A stretch of 20,000 bases of DNA. It comes from Lama guanicoe (lineage: Eukaryota). The notes beneath the pieces are model-generated. The model saw only the letters and a list, made by a program, of their open reading frames with translations. It ran no database searches and had not been told where the DNA came from. The stretch's first letter is position 1. Each line of letters starts with the position of its first letter. Both the position numbers and the translations under genes were made by a program. The stretch is taken from assembly GCA_013239625.1 (NCBI GenBank), contig MU053876.1, positions 292,540-312,539 of the forward strand, read 5' to 3'. Positions 1 through 11,279 of this stretch are shown here, piece after piece.

Positions 1-815
1 TTACGAAAATAATACAACACCGTGTTCATGCACTGACTCTAGAAATGTAACAAGATTAATAATTTGTAATAATATAAAAATACTACTTTTTTCTGTTTTA
101 TACATTACATACAGTTTGAAGCAAATTCTAGACCCATCTCAAAAAGAACTGCTTAGTTTTTAAATAGTTCTAAACCTACCAATTCAATGCATACCAGAGT
201 TTTGTACACAAACCAAATTTCCCCCTTATTTATTTTTTCCCTCAGACATACAAGATTCCTAGAAGAACGTATTTAGTCAAAATATAATTATTTGTGAGTA
301 TTTGCAAGAAGTTTACCAGTCACAGGTTCTGATTATCTGGAAAGAATCCAGTCGCAACTCAAGAATCATCAGGTAGCTCATATAAAGTGTGATATTGTAC
401 TCAGATTTTATATGAAAGGACACTATACTGTTTAAAGACTACATTTAATTTGGCATTAATTGCTCACAAAAATGAAAGGATTTAAGTCTATTACAGCAAA
501 ATAATTAAAAGTTGAATATCTAAGAAATCTAGGAAAATAATACAAACTGGTTAATACAGTACTGATAAATTATAATTCATATTTTGTATTAATAATATTT
601 ACTCATTTTAACAATATTTCTAAGTTCCAAGCCATATAATTTTTTGTGTATTCAAATGTAGACTTTTCACTCATACCTTCAGAAATGAGTTGCATAAATT
701 AGTTGTTTAAAATACTAGATTTACCTGCCCTGACAAAATTCCCTAATTTAGTCCTTTAAAGATTTAGCAGTTAAAGATTTAAGTTGTAAGACTAAAATAC
801 ACCACACCTTTCTCT

Positions 816-827
816 GGGGGGGGGGGG
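816..827 (+). repeat. Poly-G homopolymer (G12)
   Basis: Directly visible run of 12 G. Confidence 0.9.
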
Positions 828-1200
828 ACTAGCCATAAGAACTAGCCGTAAAACTCAAGAATACTGATGTCCAATTATAGATAATTTTATTACAAAACTG
901 CCATTATTCAGAAACAAGACAATCGTAAGTCATTAAGTCCTACACTACAAGTGTGGTTTAATAAATGTAACTGAGAACTGCTAAATCAATGAATAACGAT
1001 CATTATATACTTTGTTCAGTTGTTTTAAAAATCATTCAGCTGTATTTGTGATTGACAGACGTCTATTACTCATGACGCCACTGGCATGACATCAGATCCA
1101 ATACGCACACGTTGGAACTTTCATTAAATACAGAATCATTTAATCAAGTGTTATAAAACTATTAAATACACATTAAATAAACTATTAAATACACTTTTCT

Positions 1201-1335
1201 TGTGTCCAGGGGCAGAAAAGAGGTAACATGGCAGACCTGAGACTGCTGTCCTTAGAAAGACCTGCTTGCCAGGTTGGCCCTTGGCTGATGTGAAAACCTG
1301 GATTTGGGGAGTGGTCCTACCATTTCCCAGACTGG
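1201..1335 (+). mobile_element. ERV LTR fragment, MER21-like 5' part
   Basis: cctgagactgctgtccttagaaagacctgcttgccaggttggcccttggctg...tggatttggggagtggtcctaccatttccc resembles my recollection of the MER21-type LTR consensus. GC content rises abruptly and the segment starts with TGT. Confidence 0.6.
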
Positions 1336-4300
1336 TCATCAAACCATCTTCCTGAAACACCACAAGCTGGTAACTCCCAGATCCATTATCACACTTGGTG
1401 GAATGGGATTTCTGTTTTGGCTTCTGGGAGTGGGGGAGACTGGAGGGAGCAAGTAAGTCAGAAAATTCTAGTTTTCCTTCAGGTCCATCCCCAGCGTACT
1501 CAGCGTTCATTGTGTTAACATCTGCAAACAGACTTGGTCATGTTTCTCAGTGGCTCTATTCACTGCCACCAGTACCACTGGCAAAATAAAAATACTATAA
1601 AGTTGAGTTTTCTATTTAAATTAATTGTTCTATTGCCTTTCTTCTGATATATACTCTACCAGCAGAGGTTATAATCTTGTGAAAGTTTATGCAATAGTGA
1701 GGTCAGGAGTCTCAATTCTGTATCCAATCTACAAGTCAAGCCATCTTCACTCATCACATCAAAATTAAGTGCAAAAGTATTTTTCTCTTCAAAAACAAAC
1801 AAAAAAGTATATCTACTCGACGAAGACAAAGATTCTTAAGATGACACGTTTAATACCAACACTGCTTAACTGTCACCCCCAAAATGAGATTTCCTTGTTT
1901 CAGCTTATAATGTTCATCATACTGAAATGGCGAAGTTACTGTGACTTCAGAAAAATTAACTGTAGAATTAGAATCATGTAATTGTAGATAAAAGTTAAAT
2001 TTTAGAAGTACTAGGGGATATTACGATGAAATATGCTAAATGTTAGCTGCTATTTAAGACAAATTTTAATTGTTTAAACATAAGGTGAAGTGTACAACTC
2101 AGACTAAATCAGTGTGTAGTAAAAACCAACCGTGTATATACAGATAATGGGGATCAGGATGCAGGTTCAAACTTCTGATGAAGAGAGAACTAGGAAGACC
2201 ACAGAAACCTGGCTGAAATGGATATTCATCAGGGCACTCTTCACATCAATAGGGAGCATGTGGACGCCGTGGTCTTTATCAGTGTCCCAGCTGGTAATGG
2301 TTGAAGGTTAATGCCTTACCCCATTCTGTTCAATTTTCCATCCTAATTAGCCCTCCAAATCTATAGCTGTGAGCACCAAGTGTCTGTGCTCAAAAGAAAC
2401 TAATTAATGCTAGCAAATTAGATCAAGTCCAAAGATCCGACAGTTAAACGCCCCTTGTTAATAGGAAGTGTAGCTGTCAATAACTGCTGTCCGTGCCTAT
2501 AATGAGGCGTCCTTCTTTCATTGAAAGTGACTTCATTTCTCTTTGTCACTGGAAAAGCTGTTCCATTCCCTTCACAAACCTAAGTCGCTGGCAGCCTGAC
2601 CCAATTCTTATGATCAGCCAGGTTGAAACGACATGGAGGGAAAAAAAAAAAAAATCAAACAGAATAGCTTTCATACATAACCATGTTTCAGGCATTTAGC
2701 AGAAAGTCAGATCAATCATTAAAATTCCTATATCTTTATCCAAGAACTACACAATTAGGATGCATAACACTTTCATATAAAATCCTGCAATGATTTAATA
2801 GAGCAAAGGCTATAAATAGTAAATAAACTACAAGGCAAGCGTCCTGATTCTAAATCACGTCTTACTGTCCAGCTTAAATGTGGCTGCTCTGCTGCTATTG
2901 GAGCAACACCAATGTGTGTTCTTCCCTGATTCACATGGTGGTTAAACAGGGAGATACTAAGGATCATTCTCTTGTTAAATAATCAATCTTAGATTCTAAG
3001 ACACTGTTTTCGACCATATGGCCTAAAAAGATCAATAGGCGATTTTCTATAAAAATTCAATTAGTCAAAGATCATTTGTTATAACGTAAGAAATGCACTA
3101 AAATTACCCAAATGGAGCTCAAATTCTACAATGCTTTCAGTCTTCAGAAGATTTTAAATATTAAAATTAAATATTGTTAAAATAAACAGGTTTTATTTTA
3201 CATAATGAAAGTATTAAAATTTTAACATCTTGAGAAGATACTAGAAAAAACTTAACAACAATGTCAACATCCTCAACAACTTAAGTTCTGATAAAGAAGC
3301 AAAAATTAAACATTTTCTTTTCTGTACCATCACAAAGTTGTTTGTACAACACAAATAAATACTTTAAAGTTACACTCTATTTCTTTCATTTCAAAGACCA
3401 CAAACAAAGTTTCACTGTCTAAGAGTAAGCAAAGGTAGTTCTGAAACCCTAACCCAATGGTTGTATATTTTCATCTGAACCATGTGAGGAAAAACTCAAG
3501 TCTATAACTGAGTGAGCTAGCTTTCTGTCATTCCACAAATCCGTATCATGGGTTACAAAACAGCATAAATGGAACTCATGCTTATCATTTTGGACCAACA
3601 GATCAGTCATAAGTAAATACTCTTCCTGGGAGTGAAAAGTTAACTGCGTAATTCTACTATCCATTTTTAAGTTCTATCCTCCCTCACCTGAGTCACGGCA
3701 CATATTTGTAAACGTTCTATGAGACAGGTCAGGGGTGGTCTCCGGGGACCTCCAGCATGACACCTGCCAATGCCAGATGTGCACTGAACTCTACCTGCAG
3801 GTGCCAATGGGGTCATTTCTCCTGACACCTGGGGTGGGGGGAAGGAAGGAGCTCTATTAAGCAACTAATTCACAATGAAAGCAGGACCACAGAATGACAC
3901 TAATACATTACTGGTAATGTGTTAATCAATTTATTTATGGATGGACTTACTTTAGACCTAATTCATGGATGAATTTAAAACTAGAAAGCTCAGAACAAAT
4001 CATTTAAGAAAAAGCAAAAACCATCACACAACGTCATCAGACGTTGTCTCTCCACCAATCACGGAGGCCATTCTCTAAGGAGATAGCGTCTAAGGGACAG
4101 AAACGTTCCCAGCACCCAAATGTTACTGATGTTACTGACACAGTCCCAGAAGCACAGCACACATGCAGCTGACACAGCCTGGTCTCCCTGTGGGACGCCT
4201 GCAGTGGGACCGCAGCCCATCACTCCCACTGAGAACTACCAGACACAGTCCCTCAATGAAGACCGTGGGGGAGTGAGGCAGGGATGCCAGGAAAGCAGGC

Positions 4301-5064
4301 CACGCCCGCCAGACTTGGCCGCTGCGCCCTTGCAGTGGCCATTCCGAGAAGCAGATCTTTATTCAAAAACATTTTGACGGTAACACTGCCACCTGCTTTG
4401 CAAATTACCCATCATTTACGGTCCCCCTTTTCACCTACTGCTTTGTTTACATTTTTCACTATAATATTATATATCAATCAACAACCTATCTCTAGATTTA
4501 CAGACTACAGGAGTATTTCACGCTAAAAAAACATTTTCCAAAGAAAACATTTTCATTGCGTATGTGGGCGTCTAGTGCATGCCAAAATACAGAAAAAAAA
4601 TTTTTTTGAAAACAGACTCATTGTAAGTACTGCTGAGATTCCATTAACAATTCAGTAATAGACAATGATACCAAAGAAAATCACCTTAGAATATAGAGCT
4701 ACATGATTATGTTGACAGAGGAAAATGAGGCACATATCACATTTGATGTTTCTTCTTTCCTTATCCGAACCATCGCAATAACTTGTTTCTGCAAAATATG
4801 AATACAAGCTTTTCTCTACACGTAACTGTACATCTGGGAAAAAAATTTTTTCTTAGTAATATGGGAGAATATTTTTAAATTGTAAATGAATGGAACACTG
4901 CCTGGAAGTTCTGAAAGCTGAGATCCTGAGTGATATTGAGTAAAAGGGTGAGAAGCAATTCGTACATATTAATTCACTGACTACTCGACTGTGAGGCTAA
5001 GGATTAAATTTGGATCATATTATAAAAAATACATTTGATCTTTATATGAATATTTGAATCTTAC

Positions 5065-5154
5065 CTTGAACTTGCTCGGAGCATCTCTCCCGGGCCTTTT
5101 CTCTCATTATTTTAGGGATCAAAACGTCTTTTTCAACATGTCTGAGATGCTGCT
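5065..5154 (-). CDS. CMC1: Internal coding exon (exon 2, 90 nt, phase 1/1) of CMC1, C-X9-C motif containing 1 / COX assembly mitochondrial protein homolog
   Basis: The minus strand reads tctttttttccctccag|AG CAG CAT CTC AGA CAT GTT GAA AAA GAC GTT TTG ATC CCT AAA ATA ATG AGA GAA AAG GCC CGG GAG AGA TGC TCC GAG CAA GTT CAA G|gtaaga. It has a polypyrimidine tract, a CAG acceptor and an AAG|GTAAGA donor. The translation QHLRHVEKDVLIPKIMREKARERCSEQVQ matches my recollection of the mammalian CMC1 N-terminus (MALDPADQHLRHVEKDVLIPKIMREKAKERCSEQVQDFTKCC), including the first Cys of the first CX9C motif. Confidence 0.96.
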
Positions 5155-5286
5155 CTGGAGGGAAAAAAGAAGGTCTTTCTTTAATATAATAAAGTCTCAA
5201 GTAAATCACCAGTTTACGGGGAAAATAAGCACTCTGGTGTGCTTAAAAGGAAAGCCTATGCAAATATATTACAAAAGGGCTCTTTT

Positions 5287-5430
5287 GGGGGAGGGTGCAC
5301 CTCAGTGGTAGAGCGCATGCCTAGCATGCGGGAGGTCCTGGGTTCAATCCCCGGTGCCTCTATTAAAAATAAACAAATAAATAAACAGACCTAATTACTC
5401 ACCCCAAAATATATATATAAATTTTTTTAA
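5287..5430 (+). mobile_element. tRNA-Ala-derived SINE (camelid Vic-1-like), copy 1
   Basis: It has a G-rich head, an A box (ctcagtggtagag), a B box (gggttcaatcccc), an A-rich linker, a cctaattac motif and an AT-rich tail. The flanks carry a degenerate direct repeat (aaaagggctctttt / aaaagtgactctttt). Confidence 0.88.
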
Positions 5431-6384
5431 AAAGTGACTCTTTTTTATAACGTTATAAAACTGTGATTACTTTAGTCGCTGTAAATCATTCTAAATATTG
5501 TTTTATATACAACAGAAAAAAATGTGAGGGACACAGGCAACATTTTCTAAAAATTTCTGCAAACAATATTGCAACACTTTGATTTGATTACATATTCCAT
5601 GTATTCTTGTCAAAATTCAAGTCACAGACTAAAGCATTTTAACTTTTTAATGAATATAATCCACAGAAAGGCGATTTTTATCAATACTGAGATCCAAGGA
5701 TGGATGGAGACACCCAAGAGGCACACGAGCAGTTTCCCTACCTGGTAATAAGAGCAGCTTAAGACAAACAGAGCCAGCAGAAGGACAAATGGGACCCCGT
5801 GTGCATTAAAAACAAAGCACATGCGATTTCTGAGCATTTTACACCAACTACCACAATTAGCCTAAAATGGGAGCCTGAGCTCCAGACCCCCAGCTGCTCC
5901 TGAAATTCTTAGAGTGCCCTGAGAAACAAAGGGATCAGTATCCTCTAGAGCCGAAATGATCGAGGATTCTGAAAGACAAAAGGTAGATGACGTGAGACAA
6001 GATGGAAGGAGGTAACCTTACCCCAGAGCTTCTTCCCAGGACGCCAGAAGTGGAAGCTGCCCCTGCTCTGAAGCAGCAGAAACAGGGAAGGGAGACTCCC
6101 CAGAGGAAACCAAAGCAGGATTGGCTGAAACGCCACAGTACGAGCCACTCTCCTGCTGCCCTCGGACCACGGGTAAGTCAACACAGGCATTTATCTCCAA
6201 AAGATCAGGAAGTTTTCCAGTATCTATCTTCGTGACAGTTAAGACCAGGAGCCCCTAAACTTTTCCTGGCACTCCCCACATCCTCTGATGCACCTCTGAA
6301 CTGATACAGTGCTGCAGGGAGGGTACCAGGGTGTCTCAAAAACCAAACATCAACAACAAAACAGCGAACACAGTAACTGTAATT

Positions 6385-6940
6385 AATCAAGAAACAAACA
6401 ACTCCTAAGAGGGATAACAGAGTAAAGAAAGTACAATTTTAGAATAAGTTGTAATAAATATACTGAGGCAAATAAAAAGACACAAGTCCTCAGACAGAAG
6501 CAAATAACAGACGACCCAAATGCACTTTGATGAAATGTATGAAGCTCCAATCTCCTAAAAGCTTCACAAGGAAAAACATTACCAGGCAGAGGAATAAGAA
6601 CCAGATTTACATCCTGTTTCACTGGCAAGACTTGGATGCAAGATCGTTAACTTCAAAGTTCTGAGAGAGAATCACTGTATATCCAAGAACTCCAGAGCGA
6701 CTCGAGAGTGAAATTAAAGATGCTTTCATGGGGGAAAGTATAGCTCAGTGGTAGAGTGCATGACTAGCATGCATGGTCCTGGGTTCAGTCCCCAGGATCT
6801 CCATTAAAAAAAAAACAAAAAAACCCCAAAAAACAAAAAACCTAACTACCTCTCCCCTAAAACAAACAAAACAAAAACAGATATTATTAGGTATGTAGGG
6901 ACTGGAAAGGGTACCTCTTTCGACCCTACTGAAAAAGAAA
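6385..6940 (+). mobile_element. Ancient LINE-1 ORF1 (or HAL1)-like remnant, interrupted by SINE copy 2
   Basis: Decayed ORF1-like motifs such as ttcaaagttctgagagagaat...ccaagaactc...gagagtgaaattaaagatgctttca continue after the SINE (gggactggaaagggtacc...gaccctactgaaa). The + strand is A-rich. Confidence 0.5.
6730..6878 (+). mobile_element. tRNA-Ala-derived SINE (Vic-1-like), copy 2
   Basis: gggggaaagtatagctcagtggtagagtgcatgactagcatgcatggtcctgggttcagtccccagg, followed by an A-rich linker, cctaactacctctcccc and a (CAAA)n tail. Confidence 0.88.
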
Positions 6941-6944
6941 TGAT

Positions 6945-7459
6945 CTTTGTTATGGTGTGACAAGCCAAGCCACCAATCATACGTGGTGATGTAAGACAAG
7001 GAACGTTCTCTTATGCACGGGGACCCGCAGTAGGAAGTCAGACAGGCAGACAGAACCGACTCTCTCAGCTTCAGTGTCTGGGGCTCAGCAGGGAAGACTC
7101 AGACACTGACTTCAACAGCTGCAAGAGCTGGAGCTGGAGGATTTACCTCCGAGATGACTTCCTTCTTCCCGTATGTATCTGGCACGTGGGCTGGGCAGGC
7201 TGGAGGGTGGCTCAGTGAGAAGGGCAAACTAGAGGGCTGTCCCTGGTACCGCGGTAGGTTTCATGGGAGAGGAAGCAGTCCTAGATGACCAATCGCGAGC
7301 TGACCCTGCAGTGCGGGGGGCCACGGAGCATCACTGCTGCCACCCCATCCTGACTTCAAGTCACTAAGCTCAGCCTCTCCTTGGGGGACAGCCACGCCCT
7401 AGAAGAGCCTGCGAGATGGAAGGCAACGTTGGAACCTTCTGTGTAAAAAGTCTGCCACA
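6945..7459 (-). mobile_element. MaLR solo LTR (old MLT1 subfamily, reverse orientation)
   Basis: GC-richer block with the MLT1-like motif gctggaggatttacctccgagatgacttcctt...gtatctggcacgtgggctggg. It ends in tctgccaca, which is a TGTGG LTR start on the minus strand. Confidence 0.65.
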
Positions 7460-7559
7460 AGAAGTAACAGGGGATACGTCGATCAAATAAAGATGAATCC
7501 CCAACGTACAAGCGTGAAATATGTAAGGCATGTTAAAAAAGACATGCATTTAAATTTAC

Positions 7560-9150
7560 ATGTTAAAATTCTAAAGTACTTGAACAACATCATCAAGTAA
7601 CTTGACCTAAAGACTGTTCCACTCGACAGCAGCTGATTATTTACCCGGATAAACTACAGCCGGGGCTATGAAACTAATCTTAATAAATGTAAAAGAATTC
7701 AAATCATACACAGCATGTTTCCTGACACCTTTGTAATTAAATTAGAAATCAGTAACAGAAAGATCTCTGATAATCTCCAAACATTTGGAAACTAAATAAC
7801 ACACTTTTAAATAACCCGTGGGTCTAAGAAGAAATGAAAAGGAAAATTGGAAAGTATTTTGAAATGAATGAAAATATAACCTATCAAAATTTGTGTGATG
7901 CAGCTAAAACAGTCCTGATAGAAAAACTGGTAGCACTAAAAGCCTACATTGGAAAAGGACAGTCTTAAATCAATGACTTAAGTTTCTGCCTTGAAAAACC
8001 AGAAAAAGTAAACACAAACAAACAAAAACCAGACACACACACAAAGCAAACAAAAGAAAAGAAATAATAAAGATCAAAGCATAAATCAATGAACTAGAAA
8101 CCAAACCGAACAAACAAGCAAAATGACAGAAAAGCAATGAAACCAAAAATAGTTCTCTGAAAAGATTCCTGAAGTTGAGAAACCACCAGACAGGGAAAAA
8201 AAAGGTCACAAACATCAGAAATGATACATATTTTTATATAATAATAATGTATTTAATTTTTAAATGTAGGCCAGAAAATTTGAAATGGACAAATTCCTTG
8301 AAAAACAGAAATAACCAAACCCAACTCAAAAGGGCATATAACCAGTATATTCTTGTATCTATTAAAGAAATTGAATCTGTACTTAAAAGCTTTCTCACAA
8401 AAAAAATCCACACCCAGACAGCTTCACTAGTGAATGTGGCCATTTAACAAAGAAATAATACCAATTCCATACAAACTCTTCCAGAAAACCACTCTGAGGC
8501 CAGCAGTGCCCTGATACCAAAACCAGACAAAGACATTACAAGAAAAGAAAACCACAGTCCAATATCCCAGCACGAATAAAGATGAAAACCTTAAGAAAAT
8601 ATTAGCAAATTGAATCCAGCAATAGAAGGATAATACCTCATGACCAGGTGAGGTCCATCCAAGGATTGCAAGATTCACTTAATATTCAAAAGTCAAGAAA
8701 TGCAATTCATCATTATTAAAAAACTAAAAAAGGAAAGACACATGGTTATTAAAATAGACACAGAAAATACATTTCACAAAAATCCAGTATCCATTCCTAA
8801 TAAAAACTCCCAGTAAAGTAGGAACAGAAGGAAACTTCCTCAACATGATAAATACCATCTACAGCTGACATATTTAATGATGAAACACTGAATGTTTCCC
8901 CCTAAGACAGGGAACAAGATAAAGAAGTCTGCTCTTACCACTTGCACTCAACATTTCACTGTATGTACTAGCCAGTGCAATAAGCCAAGAAAAATAAAAG
9001 GCTTCTAGGTTGAAAAGGAAGAAATAAAACCACAGCTATTCAAAGATCATATGACTGCCTCTACAGACGATCCAACAGAATATACAAAAAGTTACCAGAA
9101 CCAGTAAGTGTTTGGCAAGGATCCCATATATAAGATTAATATATAACAAA
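7560..9150 (+). mobile_element. Decayed LINE-1 ORF2 fragment (endonuclease C-terminus to RT region; old L1M type)
   Basis: Typical L1 ORF2 DNA motifs are present: aattaaattagaaatcagtaacagaaag, aaataacccgtgggtctaagaagaaat, atcaaaatttgtgtgatgcagctaaa, gaggccagcagtgccctgataccaaaaccagacaaagac, gaaggaaacttcctcaacatgataa. There are many stops and frameshifts. Confidence 0.9.
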
Positions 9151-9159
9151 CAAATGAAA

Positions 9160-10220
9160 ATGACATAAGAAAAAAATCAGAGGACAAGAAGATTATTCAA
9201 TAGTAATTTTCCAATCTGAAAAACAGCAAATGGCTTTTTTAAAAAATGGACTGAGGCTCAGGAATCTGCAGGACAAAAAAACAAGATCTAACATTGATTT
9301 TACCATACTCTCAGTAAAACAGGAAAAAAGGATACAAGGATTAAAAAAAATATTTGAAGAAATAATGACTGACACCTTTCCAAATTATTCAAAAGACATA
9401 AACAGAAAACAGGTAAAGGTGGGGTGGGTAGAGCTCAGTGATAGAGTGAATGCTTAGCATGGAAGAGGTCCAGGGTTCAATTCCCAGTGTCTCCATTTAA
9501 AAAAAAATTACAAAAAAACCTAAAACAAAAAAGTTAAAAACCCAGAGAAATATGCACCTAGACATATCATAAACAAACTTCTGAAAAATGAGCAAAGAAA
9601 AATCTTTAAGGCATCAGAGAGAAACACAGCGGAATGAGGATTCAAAGGACAAAAGATTTCTCATCAGAAACCACAGGTAGTGGCACAGTATTTCCAAGTA
9701 CTGAAAGAAAAGAACTGTTCAATCAAGAATTCTACAGCCAGCAAAGACATTCTTCAGGACTGAAGACAAAATAAAGATAGCTCAGACGAAGGGAAGTGAA
9801 GGTAATTTCCTGCCTGCAGACCTGTTCTAAAAGAACAGCTAGAGGAAGTTATTCAGACAGGAAGGAACTAGTCACAGAAGGAAACTCAGAACAACAGGAA
9901 TGAAGAGTGAGCAATAGTAAGAGTAAATACGATAAACTATTCTTGAGTTTTAAAAATTATTTTTGACAGAAGCAAAAATTACAGCTTTCTCAATGTGTGC
10001 AGAGGTATTATTGAAGATGCCTTCATCATAAAGGGAAGCAGGTAAAGTGACTTTGGTGATACTAAGATATCTACATTCAATTTACATGATAAAATATTCA
10101 TGCTAGTAGACTATGATAAACTATGTATGCATAATGTAATCTTTAGGACAACCACGAGAAAAAACCTGAGAAATAAATTGAAAAACACTGCAGGTAAATC
10201 AAATGGAATATTAAAAACTG
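9160..10220 (+). mobile_element. Second decayed LINE-1: ORF1 3' half and inter-ORF region (interrupted by SINE copy 3)
   Basis: ORF1 motifs are present: aaatatttgaagaaataatgactga (IFEEIM in the ORF track), cacctagacatatcataa, gatttctcatcagaaacca, aagtactgaaagaaaagaactg...agaattctacagccagcaa. Confidence 0.8.
9421..9540 (+). mobile_element. tRNA-Ala-derived SINE (Vic-1-like), copy 3, more diverged with a shorter tail
   Basis: ggggtgggtagagctcagtgatagagtgaatgcttagcatggaagaggtccagggttcaattcccagtgtctcca plus an A-rich tail. Confidence 0.85.
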
Positions 10221-11050
10221 CAAGTATTTTCTCTGACCACAATGGGATCAGGTAGATAGTAGTAACAGAAAGATGACAGGACAATCTCCTAACACCTAGA
10301 AATTAAATAGCACACTTCTAAATAACCCACAGGTCAAAGAGGAAGTTATCGGGGGGAAAAAAAAGGAATACACTGACCGGAAAGAAAATGAAAATACAAC
10401 AAAAATTTTAAGACAAAGCTAAAGCAGTGCTTATTGGGAAATTCATAGCAATAAATGCTCATATTTTACGAGTCTCATACCAACACAGCTATCCTCTGAA
10501 TAACACAGGTTTGACCTGGGAAGGTCCACTTAAACATGGATTTTTTTCAGTAAACAGGTACTACAGTATTACAAGATAGCAGCTGGTTGAATCCACCACA
10601 TTTTAAGAGGCCAGCATTATTCAGATACCAAAAGCAAAGGCAATATTAAAAAAAAAAAACAAAAACACGTTAATATTCTTCACGAACACAGATACAAAAA
10701 CCCTCAAAATATTACCAAATCGAATCTCACAATATATGAAAAGAAAAATACAACACACCACATTGGCTTTATTCTAAGGTTGGAAGGCTGGTTCACTATC
10801 TGAAAATCAATCAATGTGATCACATTAACAGATCTAAAAAAGGAAAACCGTACAATCACATCAGTTGAGTCAGAAAAAAAAAGTAACAAAATTCAATGCC
10901 ATTCATTAAAAATGAACAGACAAAACTCTCAGTAAACTAGGAATGAAAAACAACTTCTTCAATCCAACAAAGAATCTGCAGAAAACCTATAGCTAACATC
11001 GTACTTAATCGTGAAATATTGAATGCTTTTCCTATAAGAACAGGAACATG
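10220..11050 (+). mobile_element. Decayed LINE-1 ORF2 fragments with internal deletion (homologous to 7690-7950 and 8495-8920)
   Basis: Motifs ttttctctgaccacaatgggat, cacacttctaaataacccacaggtcaaagagg, gaggccagcattattcagataccaaaa and aaactctcagtaaactaggaat are present. They are the same ORF2 motifs as in the first L1, in the same order. Confidence 0.85.
10486..10596 (+). mobile_element. TcMar-Tigger DNA transposon fragment (Tigger2/MER8-like 5' end, truncated)
   Basis: cagctatcctctgaataacacaggtttgacctgggaaggtccacttaaacatggatttttttc resembles the recalled terminus cagttgacccttgaacaacacgggtttgaactgcgcgggtccacttatacgcggatttttttc. Confidence 0.7.
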
Positions 11051-11275
11051 GAGTAAAACTGCAAAGAACCATACACACATGCATGTAATAAAAACCAGTG
11101 AAAAACTGCAAAAATCAATAGTCTAGTTAACAGTATTGAACCAACTTAAGTTTCTCATTTTTGATACTGTATTACAGTTACATAAGATGTCATGGTCAAG
11201 GACACATGAGATTCTACATATTAATTTTTTTGCAACTTCTGTGAGTCTGTAATTATTTCAAAATAAGAAGTTAAA
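11050..11275 (+). mobile_element. LINE-1 3' end fragment (L1MC-like 3'UTR)
   Basis: ttttgatactgtattacagttacataagatgtca...ttttttgcaacttctgtgagtctgtaattatttcaaaataagaagtt is a typical old L1 3' terminus. Confidence 0.65.
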
Positions 11276-11279
11276 GGGA

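Larger units (their letters stand above)
1..5064 (-). other. CMC1: CMC1 intron downstream of the 90-nt exon (intron 2, partial)
   Basis: The GTAAG donor is at 5060-5064. The next expected coding exon (FTKCCK...) was not seen in 1-5064, which is AT-rich non-coding sequence. Confidence 0.8.

Noticed and set aside
1151..1589. 119-aa and 64-aa ORFs
   Set aside because: The 119-aa ORF spans an LTR fragment and AT-rich intron, and the 64-aa ORF has a TTG start. Neither has recognisable homology or splice context.
2630..2654. Minus-strand pyrimidine tract (T14 ccctcca) mimicking the real CMC1 acceptor
   Set aside because: It is followed by TG rather than AG, and the downstream sequence does not encode the next CMC1 residues.
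4320..4341. CTCF-like motif (tggccactgcaagggcgc on the minus strand)
   Set aside because: The spacing is one base too long and the core CAG is absent relative to CCACCAGGGGGCGC.
5054..5311. 85-aa plus-strand ORF overlapping the CMC1 exon
   Set aside because: It is an antisense shadow with a TTG start, runs into a SINE and has no recognisable protein features. The real exon is on the minus strand.
7690..11050. Recent segmental tandem duplication (7690-8920 versus 10220-11050)
   Set aside because: The similarity is patchy and confined to L1 ORF2 motifs, so it is better explained by two independent L1 copies.
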